Virus record (IMG/VR): IMGVR_UViG_3300044712_000991
Span: 1-64,000 of that record
Strand: one strand, 5' to 3'
Length of the DNA stretch: 64,000 nucleotides
Source: a virus
Of the stretch, positions 45,002 through 55,097 are shown piece by piece (position 1 is the stretch's first letter; the number at the start of each line of letters is the position of its first letter). The translations under genes and the position numbers were made by a program. The notes under the pieces are model-generated. The model did no database searches. It was not told the DNA's origin and saw nothing but the letters and a program-made list of their open reading frames with translations.

Positions 45002-47548
45002 TCAATCACACTTGGTATTCTCCTGCCCACAGGTTTCACACAGGTAGACCTCACACCCCGCACGGGTGATAACATCCACCTTGGGGCTCCCGCAGTTTGG
45101 GCACTTCCTGCTGATCCTGCTCTTGGTCTGCGCCTTGACGTACTTCTTGAGCACCCGCGCAATGGCCTTGCTGAAGTCCACGATGCTGTCGCCCGACTTC
45201 TGAAGTTGATCCACGATGAACGCGATGTCCGCGCCATGCCGGAGATTGGTGGATATCATACGGGTCATCGCCGCCTGCTCATCGTTCTCAAACACCTCTT
45301 GGATGTTCATGCGGGTACCGTTGGTCTCAAGCATGTACTTGTTGCTCGCGACCTTCACGATGCTCCCACTCGTGTACGAGTCGTCCAGTTCCACCTTGGT
45401 CTGCTTCCCGGCGAACACCTCGTACGGCTGATCGTGAAGCATCCCCACCATGACCACCCACACCTTGCCCTTGACCGTCGTGTGGTGGATGTCGCACCGG
45501 AGGACATCGGGTCGTTTCGGGGCATCGTGACGAACAATCTTCTGTGGCCGGATAGATGAGGCGGGGTTGGAGGTGCCATCGAGGGTCTCCAGAATCTGCT
45601 GTTTCGATCCATCGACGTAGACCGTAGTGCTCTTGATGTGCCCGAGTTCGTACGCATATTCGTACGCCCTCTTGACATCCGCCACCGTGGCCGAGCGGGG
45701 GAGATTGATGGTCTTGCTCACGCTACTATCGATGTACTCTGCGAACACATCCTGCATCAGGAGGTGATCCTTCCAAGAGATGTCGTGCGACCACTCGAAG
45801 TAGTCGGGGGTGTTCTTCTCCCCATGCTTCTCCACATACTCGATATAGTCAAAACAACCGTCTCGGTACGATCCAACACGGGAGTTGCGGGTGAACATAC
45901 CCGCGAAATGTGGCTCACAACTCGCGGATGTGCCCCAAATGGTGCCCGTGGTGCCGAAGGGCGGGATGGTGTTGACCGTCACATTGCGAACGCCGTAGAC
46001 CTTGATGTCCTGCTGAATATCCTCCGGCAACGACTTGAAGAACTCGCTCTTGGAGTACCCCTCAAAGTCAAACGCCGGAAACGCCCCATCGGTCTTAGCG
46101 AGTTCGATGGATGCCCTATAGGACTCGTCCCGCAGAAACTTCACCCACTGCCTCACCCACGCCCTGCCCTCAGGACTTGAGTACTTGAGTTTGTTGCGGA
46201 TGAGCGCATCGTGCCACCCCGTGACACCCAACCCGATACGGCGCTCGTTCAACACGCTCGCATCGATCTCGGGGATGCCCGTGCGGGTCACATCCGTTAC
46301 GAGGTTCAGCATGTACACCCCGTACTGTATGGCCTCCCTGAACAGGTCTTCGTTGACCGTACCATCTTCGTTCAAGCAGTAGTAGATGTTCACACCCCCC
46401 AGACAGCACACTCCGTTCTTCGGTAGAGGTTGCTCCCCACAGGGGTTGGTGCTCACAATGGGATTGAAGTACTCCCCATTGTGGTACTTCCGGATACGAT
46501 CGATGAAGATGATACCTGGGCACCCATCATCGTGCGCATTCTTGGCAATACGGTGCCACAACTGCGCGACCGTGAGATTGTAGTTAGCCTTCACGAGTTT
46601 GAAATCGGGGGGCTTGTTGTTGAACGGGAGTTGCGACAGGACTTTACCCTCGGCCATCGCCTCATCCACAGCAGTGACCTCCCAGTCCCTACCGTACGCC
46701 TTGTACTTCCAGACCTTCCAGGGGGTGCCCTGCCAGTTGAACTCCCACTCCGTGTCCGGAGCATCCTTGAGAAGCCCCATGAACTTATCGGAGAGCCCTA
46801 CGGAGACGTTGAAGTACTGCCACTCATAGGCGTTACCCCACTCAAACAGCTTGTACCCCTCCTGGTCGTAGATATTCGCGAACTGCTTGAACTGTTGAAT
46901 CCAGTTGTGATCTGTTTTCCAGTTGATGAAGTCGAGGAGATCGGGATGCCAGTCATCGAGTTTGCCCATGTTGGCTCCCGACCGATTGCCCCCCTGCTGT
47001 ACGAGGGATGCTTGCTGGGATATGAGACTGATCCACCCGATGGCACCACACGAACGGCTCTGATTACCGGCCACCCATGACCACCGTGGTCTCCACACCG
47101 AGGCATCAATGCCCGTGCCTCCTCCACCACTCTGGATAAGGAGGTGTTGATGCATGAGAGCCGAAATCTCCTCCCGGGTGTCACCACTACCGAGAACAAA
47201 GCAGTTGTTGAGATTCTGTACCCGTGTACCTGCCTGTGCGAGAATTCGCCCCCCACCCATCAACCGCCTGTCAAGCATGTTGCGTAACAAATCCATTGCC
47301 CTACGCATGGGTGCAGTAACCCCATTCGGCGTAGCTATCGGATGCGCAATGACCCATCCAATCTCCTCGGAGCGCTCTATCGTAAACCGATATCCCGTCA
47401 GGTATGCCACAACCCGCACGAATACTTCGGAAATGTCGGTCTCCACGGGTTCTCCCGTGGGACCTTTGAGATAGTAGCGATCTTGTGCGATTTCCGCATG
47501 AACTGGGTGGCGGAAAAACCAATGCTTATACGGGGTGACCTCGGACAT
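45002..47548 (-). CDS. nrdJ: Class II (adenosylcobalamin-dependent) ribonucleotide reductase
   Basis: LNNCFV, STNPCGEQPL, CCLG and TIPPFGT. C-terminal TSCPD-like region and CxxC Zn ribbon. No beta-subunit gene adjacent. Confidence 0.88.
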   Translation of the reverse strand: MSEVTPYKHWFFRHPVHAEIAQDRYYLKGPTGEPVETDISEVFVRVVAYLTGYRFTIERSEEIGWVIAHPIATPNGVTAPMRRAMDLLRNMLDRRLMGGGRILAQAGTRVQNLNNCFVLGSGDTREEISALMHQHLLIQSGGGGTGIDASVWRPRWSWVAGNQSRSCGAIGWISLISQQASLVQQGGNRSGANMGKLDDWHPDLLDFINWKTDHNWIQQFKQFANIYDQEGYKLFEWGNAYEWQYFNVSVGLSDKFMGLLKDAPDTEWEFNWQGTPWKVWKYKAYGRDWEVTAVDEAMAEGKVLSQLPFNNKPPDFKLVKANYNLTVAQLWHRIAKNAHDDGCPGIIFIDRIRKYHNGEYFNPIVSTNPCGEQPLPKNGVCCLGGVNIYYCLNEDGTVNEDLFREAIQYGVYMLNLVTDVTRTGIPEIDASVLNERRIGLGVTGWHDALIRNKLKYSSPEGRAWVRQWVKFLRDESYRASIELAKTDGAFPAFDFEGYSKSEFFKSLPEDIQQDIKVYGVRNVTVNTIPPFGTTGTIWGTSASCEPHFAGMFTRNSRVGSYRDGCFDYIEYVEKHGEKNTPDYFEWSHDISWKDHLLMQDVFAEYIDSSVSKTINLPRSATVADVKRAYEYAYELGHIKSTTVYVDGSKQQILETLDGTSNPASSIRPQKIVRHDAPKRPDVLRCDIHHTTVKGKVWVVMVGMLHDQPYEVFAGKQTKVELDDSYTSGSIVKVASNKYMLETNGTRMNIQEVFENDEQAAMTRMISTNLRHGADIAFIVDQLQKSGDSIVDFSKAIARVLKKYVKAQTKSRISRKCPNCGSPKVDVITRAGCEVYLCETCGQENTKCD

Positions 47549-47585
47549 ACGTAGAATTCCTTAGGAATGGACGCTGAATAGGACT

Positions 47586-47614
47586 AATATACACATATCG
47601 CAGGATAAAAGCAA
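47586..47614 (-). promoter_or_regulatory. Sigma70-type promoter TTGCTT-17-TATATT
   Basis: TTGCTT ttatcctgcgatatgtg TATATT, upstream of nrdJ. Confidence 0.7.
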
Positions 47615-47621
47615 CTCACCA

Positions 47622-48323
47622 TCAGAAGTATCTACCGAGTTTCCCTTCCTTAGCGAGTTCCCGAAGATGTAGGAGAGCCTTGTCACGAATCTGCCGCACA
47701 CGCACGAACTTGATGTGTAGTTGCTGCCCTATGGACTCCAGAGTCTGGTTCTCTGAGTTGTTTTCACTGAGAGTGTAGTACAGGCGTAGGATGGCCGCCT
47801 CACGAGGTTCGAGATGGGACAGCAAAAACTCCTGGATATCGGCTGCCGCCACAGTATCTACCTCATGCGTGTCAGTACACATGTACGCCTTCGCATCCTC
47901 AACATCGATCTTTCGCCTACTGGAGGTGTCCACAGTCTCATCCGTGGACAACGCGGCCATCTTCTTGTCGTACAGGTTATTGACCGCCAATGAGTGCCTG
48001 ATGTAGAACCGTATCCAATGAACGACGTAGGAAAACAACTTTATCTCGGGGAATCGTACGGTGTCAAACTTCTGTACGCCCACCATGAGCCCCGTGTTGC
48101 CCTCCTGAATGATGTCCATGATGTCCATTGTCGGGGGGATGCTGTACTCCTTGAGGATGAACACCACGAAGCGCATGTTAGACATCACTAGCCTATCTAA
48201 CGCTCGTAGATCGCGAGTTTCCCTGTAGCGCATAAGTAGCGCTTTCTCTTCTTCGCGATTGGTGATGGGATTGTACTGCGGTTTGCCTAGTTCTTGCTTG
48301 TACGTCTCAAATTGCGAGAGCAT
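47622..48323 (-). CDS. RNA polymerase sigma70-family factor
   Basis: Region 1.2 EEKALL. Region 2 SNMRFVV...DIIQEGNTGL...KFD...SYVVHWIR. Region 4 TLESIGQQL...VRVRQIRDKAL. Confidence 0.9.
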   Translation of the reverse strand: MLSQFETYKQELGKPQYNPITNREEEKALLMRYRETRDLRALDRLVMSNMRFVVFILKEYSIPPTMDIMDIIQEGNTGLMVGVQKFDTVRFPEIKLFSYVVHWIRFYIRHSLAVNNLYDKKMAALSTDETVDTSSRRKIDVEDAKAYMCTDTHEVDTVAAADIQEFLLSHLEPREAAILRLYYTLSENNSENQTLESIGQQLHIKFVRVRQIRDKALLHLRELAKEGKLGRYF

Positions 48324-48328
48324 AAGTG

Positions 48329-49177
48329 CTACCTCCGAATGTCAACGCTACAGCGCCCCATAGAGAGGAACCTGTTGACTTTCCACTTCACATCGCACGC
48401 ATTGCACTCCCCGAACACAGCGCATGGGCGATACTCACTCGTGAGTTGAAGGTCGGGGTCTACAATGGATGCCACGGGGTTCTCCGCACAGTACAGATCG
48501 CGGTGACAACGGTAGATGAGCCCCTCGGGTCCTATGAGAAGTTCGGTGGTCTTGCATGTTACAGACTCCAGTTTCCCACTCAGAGCCTCGGGATACTTGT
48601 AGAACCCAAACAACTGACCCTCATGGGTGCCCAAGAAGTCCTTAATGAAGAAGTACACCTGGGCTTTGCGTGCGAGTTCACTCATCTCGATATTGGCGGA
48701 CATGTTCAGCGGGTGACTGATACCGAAGACACCGATGCTGAACCCCGCATCCTGCAAAATCTGGACTTTCCTGATGGTCGCCTGTGCATCCATCTCCGTA
48801 GGATGATAACTCACACGAATGGCCTTGTATGCTGGGTGCACCATCGAACTGAACCTCGCGGGGGACACCCTGCGAATGAAGGTCTCCGTATCGAACTGGC
48901 AGTTGGTCAGCAAATCGACTCCTATCGAGGGATCAAGGAGATCGAGGAGGTCGTAGAAGTCCTTGCGTACTGTGGGCTCACCCCCACCGATGGTCAACGG
49001 GACGGTACCGAAATCTATACGGTTCAGTCCCTCCGCCAAACGTGCTGCGGGCATCTCCCGCCTCCCCCTGCGGAGAGCCCCGAAGTCATTCATGCAGTAC
49101 TCACATGTGAGATTGCACCGGAGCGATGCGTAGAGCTCCGCGTAGTTAACATCGGGTGGTAGGGTTAGTTTACCCAT
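48329..49177 (-). CDS. Radical SAM enzyme with twitch/SPASM-like C-terminus
   Basis: CNLTCEYC, GGGEP and C-terminal C...RCH...C...C..CD. Start refined to MGKLTL. Confidence 0.85.
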   Translation of the reverse strand: MGKLTLPPDVNYAELYASLRCNLTCEYCMNDFGALRRGRREMPAARLAEGLNRIDFGTVPLTIGGGEPTVRKDFYDLLDLLDPSIGVDLLTNCQFDTETFIRRVSPARFSSMVHPAYKAIRVSYHPTEMDAQATIRKVQILQDAGFSIGVFGISHPLNMSANIEMSELARKAQVYFFIKDFLGTHEGQLFGFYKYPEALSGKLESVTCKTTELLIGPEGLIYRCHRDLYCAENPVASIVDPDLQLTSEYRPCAVFGECNACDVKWKVNRFLSMGRCSVDIRR

Positions 49178-50909
49178 GAAGGTACTCCCGTATTTCTTGA
49201 ATCTGCTGTTCGGAGAACTCGGGAGATGCGTACTCCAAGGACTTGCCGAACACGAGTTTGGGGACAATCTTTTGCCCCTTGCCTATACCCACGGAGGTCA
49301 CGCACGCCCCCGACTCTCCAAGTGCACGGTCCACACCACCACGGATATCCGACCGCGACACAATACAATGTACGGCGATGCCGTACGCCTTAGCGACTAG
49401 CAGTTCGTCTCCGAACGGACCATCCACCGCCACGTGATGCCCCGCAAGCCACGTATCCTGTGTTTGCCGAATCATCCCGTAGCCAGCATTGTTCAGAACG
49501 AAGACCTTGATGTTGGTCTTCGCTAGAAGTGCTAGTTCTTGAATATTCATCTGAAAACTACCATCCCCGATAATGCAGATTACCTGCTTATCGGGATTGG
49601 CGTAGTAGGCACCGATGCTCGCCGGAAGAGCGTACCCCATGGGGCTGTTATTGAACGCGGTGAACAACCGCTGTCCCACTGTGACTCGCCAGCCCTGCAT
49701 CGTCCACACGACTGTACACCCCGCATCCGTCACTATCACCGCATCTCTCTTAGCAGCATCCGAAAGGAACTGCATGAACACATACGGATTGACATCCGTC
49801 TCGTGATGATAGTCCTTTGGGCAAATGGGAAGAAGGGAACGCAGTTGTCTCGCCTTGGTTGCCCACGCCGAGAAGTCGCAAACGGTGTCCTTCATGTACA
49901 CCACAAACATGTGGATGGGCGCACGAACAGTGATATCCACATGGTCGGCAATACGCTCCAACTCCGCTTCATCGATATCCACAACGACCTTCTTGGCCTT
50001 CGTAGCAAACGTCGAGAGTTTTGCCCCCACCTCGTGTGTATCTAGGCGTGTGCCAAGACAGATAAGGAGGTCTGCCTCTTGGATAACAAAGTTGGTGGCT
50101 CTCTGTGCGGTGACTCCGAAGTCTCGGAGGTTCAACGGATCAGCATCATCCATGATGTCCAGGGCACCCCATGTGAGTGCCACGGGCATATTCCACTTGC
50201 GTGCAAGCTCGATTACCTCCTGCTCACTGTTGGACAACCTTGCCCCCGCACCCACCACGAGCACCGGCCGCTTCGCCTCACTCAATAGTTCCTGGACTTT
50301 GGCGATTTTTTCGCCCACCGCATCCTCCGACAACTCGGACATCAAGATGCTCATATGATCTGGCTGGAATATTACATCCTCCATCTCCTGCCTCTGAACA
50401 TCATCACAGATGTCGATAAGGACTGGACCTCTGCGACCACTCCAAAGTTCCGTAAGAGCCGCTTCGAACGTTGGTACAACCTCCTCCACTCGCGATATAC
50501 GCCACGCACGCTTCACAACGGGTGTGAAGATACTCACCACATCCGTCTCCTGGAACCCAACCTGCCGCACGCTGTTGTATCGCAGTTGCTCCGCAGGCAC
50601 CTGCCCGGAGATGATGAGTACTGGAATGGAATCAAACCACGAACAGGCAGTACCCGTAAGGAGATTGGTCGCCCCAGGACCCGAGGTCACTACGACCACC
50701 CCGCACTTGTGCTCCGCTATGTTCAACCGAGCATACGCATCGGCCATCATGGCCGCGCCCTGCTCATGATTGGGTGTTACGAGAGCAAGCCCCTCGGTCT
50801 TAGCGATAGAGTCGAAGATGTTCGTGATGGCACCCCCGGTGATACCAAACACGGTGTCCGTCCATTTCTGGAGGTTACGGGCAATACAGTCGCTGACCTT
50901 TACTTTCAT
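49170..50909 (-). CDS. ThDP-dependent acetolactate-synthase-like enzyme (possible YerE-type carboligase)
   Basis: NHEQGAAMMADAYAR, TSGPGATN, ISGQV, MGYALPASIG and the ThDP motif GDGSFQMN...NN. Confidence 0.9.
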   Translation of the reverse strand: MKVKVSDCIARNLQKWTDTVFGITGGAITNIFDSIAKTEGLALVTPNHEQGAAMMADAYARLNIAEHKCGVVVVTSGPGATNLLTGTACSWFDSIPVLIISGQVPAEQLRYNSVRQVGFQETDVVSIFTPVVKRAWRISRVEEVVPTFEAALTELWSGRRGPVLIDICDDVQRQEMEDVIFQPDHMSILMSELSEDAVGEKIAKVQELLSEAKRPVLVVGAGARLSNSEQEVIELARKWNMPVALTWGALDIMDDADPLNLRDFGVTAQRATNFVIQEADLLICLGTRLDTHEVGAKLSTFATKAKKVVVDIDEAELERIADHVDITVRAPIHMFVVYMKDTVCDFSAWATKARQLRSLLPICPKDYHHETDVNPYVFMQFLSDAAKRDAVIVTDAGCTVVWTMQGWRVTVGQRLFTAFNNSPMGYALPASIGAYYANPDKQVICIIGDGSFQMNIQELALLAKTNIKVFVLNNAGYGMIRQTQDTWLAGHHVAVDGPFGDELLVAKAYGIAVHCIVSRSDIRGGVDRALGESGACVTSVGIGKGQKIVPKLVFGKSLEYASPEFSEQQIQEIREYLHG

Positions 50910-50919
50910 ACTTCCCCTG

Positions 50920-51537
50920 TCAAAGTGCGTTGATGATAGCCACTGTAGCCGGAGTGACCTCAAAGAACACTACCGCCGATCCACCGACATGCAGGATGTC
51001 CATTTGCTTACTCAGCCCGTCGATAAATACATCCACTCCTGGATTGGAGTTAAGGTAGTCATGGTAGGCTATGATCTTCGCACCCAACTTCACCGCGAGT
51101 TTTGTGTCGATCTTGACGTTCTCAGCGTCATGATTACCATCAATGAACACCATGTCGTACACCTCGTTACCGCGAGGCACATACTCAGAGGTATCTGCCT
51201 TCTCTAGCACGATGGGCGTGATGCCCACAAAGTACTTCCCATACCTATCGAGATTGGAATGATATCCGGCCCCTCCACCAACAAAGTCCTGGCAGATGTC
51301 TATGGACTTCTGTCTGTGCAGGTCGGAGTTCAACCAGAAACACAGTGATCCGTAACCCTCCCACGTACCTATCTCACACAGGGAGTGCACATTGTGGTTG
51401 TGGATAATCCACAGGATGGCCGCATAGTCGTTCACGATGTTCGGAAAATGCGGACCGTAGGTGTTCACAAAGCGGGTCAAAAAGTGCACGACCTGCATGC
51501 GTTCAGATTCATAACAGGGAGCTACTGGGCGTATCAT
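50920..51537 (-). CDS. Class I SAM-dependent methyltransferase (Methyltransf_24-like)
   Basis: EIGTWEG, SID, VFIDGNHD and AYHDY. Confidence 0.8.
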   Translation of the reverse strand: MIRPVAPCYESERMQVVHFLTRFVNTYGPHFPNIVNDYAAILWIIHNHNVHSLCEIGTWEGYGSLCFWLNSDLHRQKSIDICQDFVGGGAGYHSNLDRYGKYFVGITPIVLEKADTSEYVPRGNEVYDMVFIDGNHDAENVKIDTKLAVKLGAKIIAYHDYLNSNPGVDVFIDGLSKQMDILHVGGSAVVFFEVTPATVAIINAL

Positions 51538-52640
51538 ATGAAGTTCACTCCCTTCGGCTTGTTCTTGTATGTGTAGGCGAACTCGTTACATTTGTCCTGC
51601 CGACAACAGCCGTGACACATGGTGTGCACATCGAACTCCTTGTCCATGAAGCGCACGATGTCCCAGTAGCGGTCGCTCGACCACATCTCTTCCAGGCTCT
51701 GCTCGTGGAGGTTACCAAAACGGAAGTCCTTCCACTGGGGCTTGCCGCCGAACATGTACCCACAAGGGTACCAGTCACCATTGCCACTCACTTCGGAGAT
51801 GAACGGTATGGAGGAGCAGTTCTCGTACGGCTTCTCCCCCTTCTGCTGAATAAGCGTCCACTTGGGGATGATCTGTGTCTGCTTGGTGCTCAGCGCCTCC
51901 ACCCGTTTGAGCAAATCCACTATCTCCGGCCGGTCGTAGTCGCTCATCTCGAAGTGCACCATCCCACTCTCCCCACCATCGGGCAGAGAACACTGTTTGA
52001 TGACATGGTAGTCCACTCCGACCTCGACCGCGAACTTCGCGAGCGCTTCCAGCTCGTTCGGCATGTCACCCGATGGTACGAACACCGTCTGCAACCCGAT
52101 GTCACAGGTCAGACCGTGCTTGTGCTTGTACTCGACCATCCTACGGATGTTGTCCAAGACCATATTCCGCGCCTTCTCGGACACCCGATGAATGGAGGCG
52201 TATCCCTCGACCGTGAAGGCCGAGATGTTGAAGCGCATCCACTCACAGCTCTCTAGCACGGTCGCAATCCGCTCGTCGGTGTTCAGCAGAATGCCCGAGG
52301 TGGAGATGCTCAGACTCAGCCCTTCCTTCTTACCCACTTGAAGAGCCTCATACAACGCAGGGTTCAGCGTGGGGTCGCCATCTCCGATGAACGCAAGACT
52401 CCTAAGACCTATCCGAGCGCCGGAGCGTACGAGATTCTCCACGAGCGCATCGCGGGACATCACCTCGCCCGTCATGTTCTGGAAAAATCCGTAGCAATAA
52501 ATACAACGCTCGTTGCACTTCTTGGTCAGCCCCGCATCGATATGCACGGGCGGCACGCGTTCCCCCCTGTCCAACCATGCCATGACCCTATCCATGTGCC
52601 ACAGCATCTTGGTATCATCCATCCGCCGTTCTTTATCCAT
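51534..52640 (-). CDS. Radical SAM/SPASM enzyme
   Basis: CNERCIYC, GDGDP and C-terminal C...YPC...GNL...C.GCC. Start coupled to the panB stop (TGATG). Confidence 0.88.
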   Translation of the reverse strand: MDKERRMDDTKMLWHMDRVMAWLDRGERVPPVHIDAGLTKKCNERCIYCYGFFQNMTGEVMSRDALVENLVRSGARIGLRSLAFIGDGDPTLNPALYEALQVGKKEGLSLSISTSGILLNTDERIATVLESCEWMRFNISAFTVEGYASIHRVSEKARNMVLDNIRRMVEYKHKHGLTCDIGLQTVFVPSGDMPNELEALAKFAVEVGVDYHVIKQCSLPDGGESGMVHFEMSDYDRPEIVDLLKRVEALSTKQTQIIPKWTLIQQKGEKPYENCSSIPFISEVSGNGDWYPCGYMFGGKPQWKDFRFGNLHEQSLEEMWSSDRYWDIVRFMDKEFDVHTMCHGCCRQDKCNEFAYTYKNKPKGVNFI

Positions 52641-53596
52641 CAAAGAGGCCTCCATATTGGGCTTGTTTTAAGTTCTTCTAGTTCCTGAAGCGTAAGAGGA
52701 TAACTGTACTCCTCGCCAGGGAACACATTAGACTTCACATCGCGTACATAGGCCTCGATGGCCAGTCGAGCGAGTGTCAACAGACCATCCTGCCGGGTAT
52801 CCCGACCAAACGCCCTCACATCCCCCACTTTGGTGACCACCGTGCGGTAGGCATCGATCACTTGCGGAACATAGCACTTGGCAAACCACGGGCGAAACGA
52901 CTGGTAGAAGCCCATCAGATCATGCATGATGACCAACTGCCCATCCACACCCGCTCCCGCCCCGATACCGTAGATGGGAATCCGCAACTGCTTGGCGATG
53001 TTCTCGGCGGGAAGTGTCGGCATAGCCTCTAGAAGGATAGAGAACGCCCCTGCTCGTTCAAGAGCAACGGCATCGGTGAGCGTGTGCTCGAAGGATGCGG
53101 CGGTCTTACCCTGAATCCTATACCCTCCGAAGGAGGCGGCACTCTGCGGGGTGAGACCGAGGTGCCCCATCACGAGAATACCCGCATCCGCAATGGCCTT
53201 CACTCGGGGGCACATCCGTACCCCACCCTCAAGTTTCACAGCATCACATCCCGCTTCCTTCACGAACCTCAGAGCGTTTCGCACAGCATCCTCATCGCTT
53301 ACCTCGTACGCCCCCTGGGGCATATCCCCGATGATGAACGTGTTGGGCGCACCCTTACGCACGGCCTTGGCGAACTGAATCATCTCATCCATCGTCACGG
53401 GATTCGTAGTCTGGTACCCCAACTGCACCATACCGCCCGAGTCCCCCACCAGGATCATATCCACACCCGCTTGCTCAGCGGTGTACGCGAACGGATAGTC
53501 GTAGGCGGTTATCCACGCCACACGCTGCCCCTTCGCCTTCATCGCCTGTAGACCCAAAAGGGTCACCTTCTTCTTCGCGCTACCATCTTCAGCCAT
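52640..53596 (-). CDS. panB: Ketopantoate hydroxymethyltransferase-like (PanB)
   Basis: TAYD, LVGDS, GDMP, KLEGG, GHLGLTPQS, LEA, GIGAG and DGQ. Confidence 0.93.
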   Translation of the reverse strand: MAEDGSAKKKVTLLGLQAMKAKGQRVAWITAYDYPFAYTAEQAGVDMILVGDSGGMVQLGYQTTNPVTMDEMIQFAKAVRKGAPNTFIIGDMPQGAYEVSDEDAVRNALRFVKEAGCDAVKLEGGVRMCPRVKAIADAGILVMGHLGLTPQSAASFGGYRIQGKTAASFEHTLTDAVALERAGAFSILLEAMPTLPAENIAKQLRIPIYGIGAGAGVDGQLVIMHDLMGFYQSFRPWFAKCYVPQVIDAYRTVVTKVGDVRAFGRDTRQDGLLTLARLAIEAYVRDVKSNVFPGEEYSYPLTLQELEELKTSPIWRPL

Positions 53597-54303
53597 TATG
53601 CACGCTCCTGTTGTTTTGCTGCCTCGATCTTGTCCCACTCGGCGTGCTTGCAGGTGCTCGCCCAGTTCTCAAACGCTGCCTGACCCACGGTGAACTGCTG
53701 CTGAGTAGCCGACCACGAGCTAAACGTCTCATCGGGAGGTGTACCGAAACACGGGTGCCTATGCTCAACCACCACATCAGGTACGTACACAAGGAGTCCC
53801 GCGTGCTCATACTCCCGGAGAACATTATCCACCCAAGTATGAACAAACATTCGGGGGAAATAGTGCCCCACTGTGCGCACGAGTTTGCCCGGGATGACAC
53901 CCGCGTACGGAAGTCCCATGGGGGACAAGATGGCACTCATGCACCACCCGTTATTGCGCGAATTGCATGCCTCGATCATCTTCGCATCCCACTCGGGGGT
54001 CATCACATACTGATCGTCGTTCAAATCGGTGTAGTACGGGACATCGGGGTACGCTTCGCACGCCAAGTAGTTCAAGACTTCCACCATGTTCAGCCGTGGC
54101 CCCACAATGTGCTTCACGCGTGCAAGGACAGGCGCATAGTCCGCTATTCGGGGGTCATCCTCCGCGACGTACACTACTAGTTCGGTGCCCTCACTCTTGT
54201 TGGCCTCCACACTGTCAATCATGTCGTTGAGTTTCTCGGGGCGACCTCTAGAGGAACACATGACAAGTAGGCGAGTGCTATCAGAAAGTACGGGGATACT
54301 CAT
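53596..54303 (-). CDS. GT-A (GT2-like) glycosyltransferase
   Basis: SRGRP, AEDD, LNDD (DxD-like) and WVDN. Confidence 0.7.
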   Translation of the reverse strand: MSIPVLSDSTRLLVMCSSRGRPEKLNDMIDSVEANKSEGTELVVYVAEDDPRIADYAPVLARVKHIVGPRLNMVEVLNYLACEAYPDVPYYTDLNDDQYVMTPEWDAKMIEACNSRNNGWCMSAILSPMGLPYAGVIPGKLVRTVGHYFPRMFVHTWVDNVLREYEHAGLLVYVPDVVVEHRHPCFGTPPDETFSSWSATQQQFTVGQAAFENWASTCKHAEWDKIEAAKQQERA

Positions 54304-54353
54304 TGTAGGTGCTCCTGTGGTATAGCCATGTACAAGCAGTTGGTATGAAAGGG

Positions 54354-55094
54354 CTACCGTGTGACAACCGCAGTGTTGGTAGAAGGAAGAACAAGCCTCT
54401 CTAGGTCGGGGTCTACCCTAGCAATCGCGGCCTCAGGTGATCTCGTGGCTTGCACAAACCTGTCCACGGGTCCTGGACCTCCCCCCTCGCTCTCCATATC
54501 CGCCACACAGTACTGTCGGCGTGCACCGCGCTCCAACAACGCTGCATCCGAACTGATACGGCAAGAGTTCTCGAACAGTACGACCTCCGAAACCACAGGA
54601 ATACCCGAATGCTGTCCTTGCAGATGCACATGGTACTTCCGAGTCTCATCATACCGCAGACCACCCTTGAACAGCCGCATACTCGGACCAATCGGCCACT
54701 TGAAGAAGTGGTACGCATCCTTCACGGTGAACAGGAGCATCATGTCCCAGTAGTTGCTGATAACGAACACCCCGGTCTTCAGCCAGTCCGCGAAGTTGGT
54801 AGTCCACGTCATGTCCGCATCGGGTACAAAGATGTAGTCCCCCGTACACTGGTCGAGACCGTAGTTCATCTGCGCTCTCGTGAAGTCCCATGGGCGTTCG
54901 AACACACGCAACGGCACACGATCCTTATACTCCTCGACCACAGCCAACGTGTTATCCTTGCTCCCACCATCAACCAGCACGACCTCTTTCAAATCGGGGA
55001 AGTTCTGTGCCAGGTGAGCGCAGGATTCAAGATACCACCGGATGGGCTCTTCCTCATCCTGCATGATGGTCATGATGGACACTGATTGTCCCAT
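54354..55094 (-). CDS. GT2-family glycosyltransferase
   Basis: MQDEE, VDGGSKDNT and PDADM. Confidence 0.85.
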   Translation of the reverse strand: MGQSVSIMTIMQDEEEPIRWYLESCAHLAQNFPDLKEVVLVDGGSKDNTLAVVEEYKDRVPLRVFERPWDFTRAQMNYGLDQCTGDYIFVPDADMTWTTNFADWLKTGVFVISNYWDMMLLFTVKDAYHFFKWPIGPSMRLFKGGLRYDETRKYHVHLQGQHSGIPVVSEVVLFENSCRISSDAALLERGARRQYCVADMESEGGGPGPVDRFVQATRSPEAAIARVDPDLERLVLPSTNTAVVTR

Positions 55095-55097
55095 TGG

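Noticed and set aside
52640-53596. panB and the ALS-like gene as pantothenate/branched-chain amino-acid auxiliary metabolic genes
   Set aside because: No ilvN/ilvC/ilvD/panE/panC in the window, and the genes are coupled to radical SAM, MTase and GT genes. This remains possible but is less parsimonious.
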